A stretch of DNA of 64,000 nt from Macrostomum lignano (Eukaryota), in NCBI GenBank assembly GCA_002269645.1, contig NIVC01000725.1, positions 372,296 to 436,295 of the forward strand. The letters run 5' to 3'. Position numbers and translations under genes: made by a program. The notes beneath the pieces are model-generated. The model was not told the origin of the DNA. It saw only the letters and a program-made list of their open reading frames with translations, and ran no database searches. This document shows positions 60,172 to 64,000 of this stretch, piece by piece. Each line of letters opens with the position of its first letter. Position 1 is the first letter of the stretch.

Positions 60172-60834
60172 TCTTAAGTTCACATTAAATCCCCATTTAT
60201 CCCCTTTCTCTCCACAGAGATCCCCAAACGCTAAAGTGGTCGGGTTTTCGGCATAACGGGAGCCATTTGGCTCCAAATGAAGGGATTGGCGTAGAGAAAT
60301 CGGGACCCAATGCTTCAGGCTCCATTCTAGAGCCTTAAGTTCACATGAAATCCCCATTTATCCCCTTTCTCCCCACAGAGATCCCCAAACGCTAAAGTGG
60401 TCGGGTTTTCGGCATAACGGGAGCTATTTGGCTCCAAATGAAAGGATTGGCGTAGAGAAATCGGGACCCAATGCTTCAGGCTCCATTCTAGAGCCTTAAG
60501 TTCACATGAAATCCCCATTTATCCCCTTTCTCCCCACAGAGATCCCAAAACGCTAAAGTGGTCGGGTTTTCGGCATAACGGGAGCTATTTGGCTCCAAAT
60601 GAAGGGATTGGCGTAGAGAAATCGGGACCCAATGCTTCAGGCTCCATTCTGACTCTTAAGTTCACATGAAATCCCCATTTATCCCCTTTCTCCCCACAGA
60701 GATCCCAAAACGCTAAAGTGGTCGGGTTTTCGGCATAACGGGAGCTATTTGGCTCCAAATGAAGGGATTGGCGTAGAGAAATCGGGACCCAATGCTTCAG
60801 GCTCCATTCTGACTCTTAAGTTCACATCCCCTTT
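60172..60834 (-). repeat. Inverted 161-bp array, ~4 units (right arm)
   Basis: Same unit in reverse complement. The terminal gactcttaag variant occurs twice (about 60651 and 60811). Confidence 0.96.
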
Positions 60835-61175
60835 AGCTGACGACCAAAGAATATCGTCAAAAATGAAACAAAAATTGTCTGTAGATCGGGTCTATATACT
60901 CGTATATGGTTCATGTGTATCGTTCACGATTAAAGTTGAAAAATTATTAAAAATCGATTAGTTTTTAAATGTACGTTTAAAAAACTGTGGAATGTGTGTT
61001 TAAGAAACATTTAAACTGGAATTTGTCTTTTGCCTCTATCGAGTATTTTTTTTAATTTGGCTTGCTGGTAAAACACTAAAATGAGAAAAACAGTTTTGCC
61101 GTGAGATCGACTTCTTTGAGTTTGAGTTAATTAAAGCGGTCTGAAGCAGAAAAATAAATTTACAACTGGAAAATA

Positions 61176-63020
61176 ATGAAAAACTTTTACTTTTTTTTCG
61201 TCCTGTGTTGTTGCGCTATCTGTATCGTTAAACCGACTGGTAAGTGTGACATCGTTTCTGTCTCTCAAATATCATTGCGGTTAACGCATACAAAATTCTC
61301 TTTGGAAATGTTGGTTTTAGTGATGGCGTACAAAAGTTTTTCAGGTGATGGACACACAGCGGACAGTGAGAGTTCAGGTATCGGATAGTAAGATTTCAGG
61401 TAGCGGCCAGTGAGAGTTCAGGTAGCGGACAGTGGCAGTTCAGATAGCGGACAGTGAGACTTCAGGGTAGCGGACAGTGAGACTTCAGGTATCGGATAGT
61501 AAGATTTCAGGTAGCGGCCAGTGAGAGTTCAGGTAGCGGACAGTGGCAGTTCAGATAGCGGACAGTGAGACTTCAGGGTAGCGGACAGTGAGACTTCAGG
61601 GTAGCGGACAGTGAGACTTCAGGGTAGCGGACAGTGAGACTTCAGGGTAGCGGACAGTAAGACTTCAGGTAGCGGACAGTGAGACTTCAGGGTAGCGGAC
61701 AGTGAGACTTCAGGGTAGCGGACAGTGAGACTTCAGGGTAGCGGACAGTGAGACTTCAGGGTAGCGGACAGTGATACTTCAGGGTAGCGGACAGTAAGAC
61801 TTCAGGTAGCGGACAGTGAGACTTCAGGGTAGCGGACAGTGAGACTTCAGGGTAGCGGACAGTGAGACTTCAGGGTAGCGGACAGTGAGACTTCAGGGTA
61901 GCGGACAGTAAGACTTCAGGTAGCGGACAGTGAGACTTCAGGGTAGCGGACAGTGAGACTTCAGGGTAGCGGACAGTGAGACTTCAGGGTAGCGGACAGT
62001 AAGACTTCAGGTAGCGGACAGTGAGACTTCAGGGTAGCGGACAGTGAGACTTCAGGGTAGCGGACAGTGAGACTTCAGGTAGCGGACAGTAAGACTTCAG
62101 GTAGCGGACAGTGAGACTTCAGGGTAGCGGACAGTGAGACTTCAGGGTAGCGGACAGTGAGACTTCAGGGTAGCGGACAGTGAGAGTTCAGGTAGCGGAC
62201 AGTGAGACTTCAGGGTAGCGGACAGTGAGACTTCAGGTTAGCGGACAGTAAGACTTAAGGTTGGTCTACAGACACAGTGAGTCTAGGCTTTTAAATTTAC
62301 ATGTGTTAGACATGCATGCACTGATATCTTGATTGATAGTATTGGCCAGACGTACCAGACCATGGTATGTTCCCTATATTAATTTATTGATTTTATTTAC
62401 TGCTGGCTACCCCAGACGACATCAGGCAGCTGCTGTTCAGCATCCGGTCCGGTGTTAATGTTTCTCCACTGAAAGAGTGGCTACACGGCAGGAGCCAATA
62501 CTACGGCTCGAGACTCGATGCGATTCCCGACGTCTACCGATCCTCGTTTCTGGATGACTTTAATTCTCGCCTGAAATTATTCAAGTCGCTCAATTTAATA
62601 GTTGTAGCCATGCTGAAATCAGAACAAATTGTTGCATCGGCAACTTTCAACATATCGGATCGGCGGAATCAAGTGGACTTGGTCAACTGGTTTTCGCCCG
62701 ACAGACTGGTTGACACCAAGCCTTTCTGGATCGGCAAAGGTCCGTTTATCGATTTCGGTGTCGAAGGATTCCGATGGCCCAGTGACAAGCAGCATCGGGG
62801 AGACTGGGCTACGATTACTAGGACGTTTTACATTCACAAGGGGCACAGGACGTGCGAGACAGATTCAGGTTTGATGGGCGTCATTGAAGAGGGCAAGGAG
62901 TACTGCGACTGGTCCGACAAAGCGCCTGGGCAACCGCCGATCTTTTACTATGCAAAAAACGATGCAAGCTATGAGACCTCCCTTGACTTTGCCGATCAGC
63001 TGATTGTTTACCTGAAATAG
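61176..63020 (+). CDS. Secreted ~222-aa protein with an unassigned extracellular domain
   Basis: Signal exon 61176-61239 (MKNFYFFFVLCCCAICIVKPT, donor gtaagt, phase 1) and exon 62416-63020 (acceptor ctaccccag) join in frame. Motifs QLLFSIRSG..YRSSFLD..NWFSPDRL..RTFYIHKGHRTCETDSGLMGV..CDW..PPIFYY..FADQLIVYLK. Confidence 0.78.
61365..62255. repeat. 22/23-bp minisatellite (intronic)
   Basis: Unit gcggacagtgagacttcagggta. Confidence 0.95.
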
Positions 63021-63189
63021 AAAGCAATAAGGCTCGCTTCTAACTGAGTATCGATTAAATCCGTGAAAGCAACATTAAGGCATAAGGCATATTGCCGTCA
63101 GTCACATTTCTTTATTTCAAACATCAAATAAAGATTTAGAGAGAGTAGTTATTATACTCGATGGCATGAAACCATGGAATCAAGTGTAG

Positions 63190-64000
63190 CATTGACCTCC
63201 TGGTGATCAAAATGTGTAGCATCGACCTCCTGGTGATCAAAATGTGTAGCATTGACCTCCTGGTGATCAAACTATGTAGCATATTGATCTGGTAGTGATC
63301 AAACTGTGTAGCATATTGATCTGGTAGTGATCAAACTGTGTAGCACATTGATCTGGTAGTGATCAAACTGTGTAGCATTGATCTGGTAGTGATCAAACTG
63401 TGTAGCATATTGATCTGGTAGTGATCAAACTGTGTAGCACATTGATCTGGTAGTGATCAAACTGTGTAGCATTGATCTGGTAGTGATCAAACTGTGTAGC
63501 ATATTGATCTGGTAGTGATCAAACTGTGTAGCATATTGATCTGGTAGTGATCAAACTGTGTAGCATATTGATCTGGTAGTGATCAAACTGTGTAGCACAT
63601 TGATCTGGTAGTGATCAAACTGTGTAGCATTGATCTGGTAGTGATCAAACTATGTAGCATATTGATCTGGTAGTGATCAAACTGTGTAGCATTGATCTGG
63701 TAGTGATCAAACTGTGTAGCATATTGATCTGGTAGTGATCAAACTGTGTAGCATTGATCTGGTAGTGATCAAACTGTGTAGCATTGATCTCGTAGTGATC
63801 AAACTGTGTAGCATATTGATCTGGTAGGGTGATCAAACTATGTAGCATATTGATCTGGTAGTGATCAAACTGTGTAGCATTGATCTGGTAGTGATCAAAC
63901 TGTGTAGCATTGATCTCGTAGTGATCAAACTGTGTAGCATATTGATCTGGTAGTGATCAAACTGTGTAGCATATTGATCTGGTAGTGATCAAACTGTGTA
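63190..64000. repeat. 30/32-bp minisatellite running off the window end
   Basis: Unit gtgatcaaactgtgtagc(at)attgatctggta. Confidence 0.95.

Larger units (their letters stand above)
55595..60834. mobile_element. Foldback-like element with long modular inverted arms (161-bp units) and a retroelement-derived core
   Basis: The left end aaaggggatgtgaacttaagagtcagaatggagcc is the exact reverse complement of the right end ggctccattctgactcttaagttcacatccccttt. The left arm is about 16.5 units and the right arm about 4 inverted units. No clean TSD. Confidence 0.8.

Overview
Eukaryotic (metazoan) genomic DNA, not prokaryotic. GT-AG introns, homopeptide-rich GC-biased exons, intronic minisatellites and an RTE-type LINE suggest a flatworm such as Macrostomum lignano (inference). 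I assembled nine gene models by hand using splice phases: (1) RSKR/SGK494-like kinase (-, 3' end not found); (2) orphan protein with one C-terminal TM helix (+); (3) signal-mucin-2xFN2-TM receptor (+); (4) selectin-like signal-CTL-4x sushi-TM protein (-, 8 exons, all introns phase 1); (5) CFAP20DC/C3orf67 (-, 8 exons); (6) intronless 2-TM gene resembling a RING-less MARCH2/3, nested on the same strand in CFAP20DC intron 2; (7) secreted WSC-PAN protein (-); (8) secreted PAN-like/fibrinogen-domain protein (-); (9) secreted protein with an unassigned domain (+). Mobile DNA comprises two tRNA-derived SINE families (one CORE-like, one with clear TSDs), a decayed Crypton tyrosine-recombinase element, Gypsy remnants, RTE and RNase H-bearing LINE fragments, and a 5.2-kb foldback-like element whose inverted arms are arrays of a 161-bp unit enclosing a BEL/Pao gag-protease fragment. 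About 15 different tandem arrays occupy introns and spacers. Most long ORFs in the track over these arrays are artefacts. All family assignments come from remembered motifs, not database searches.
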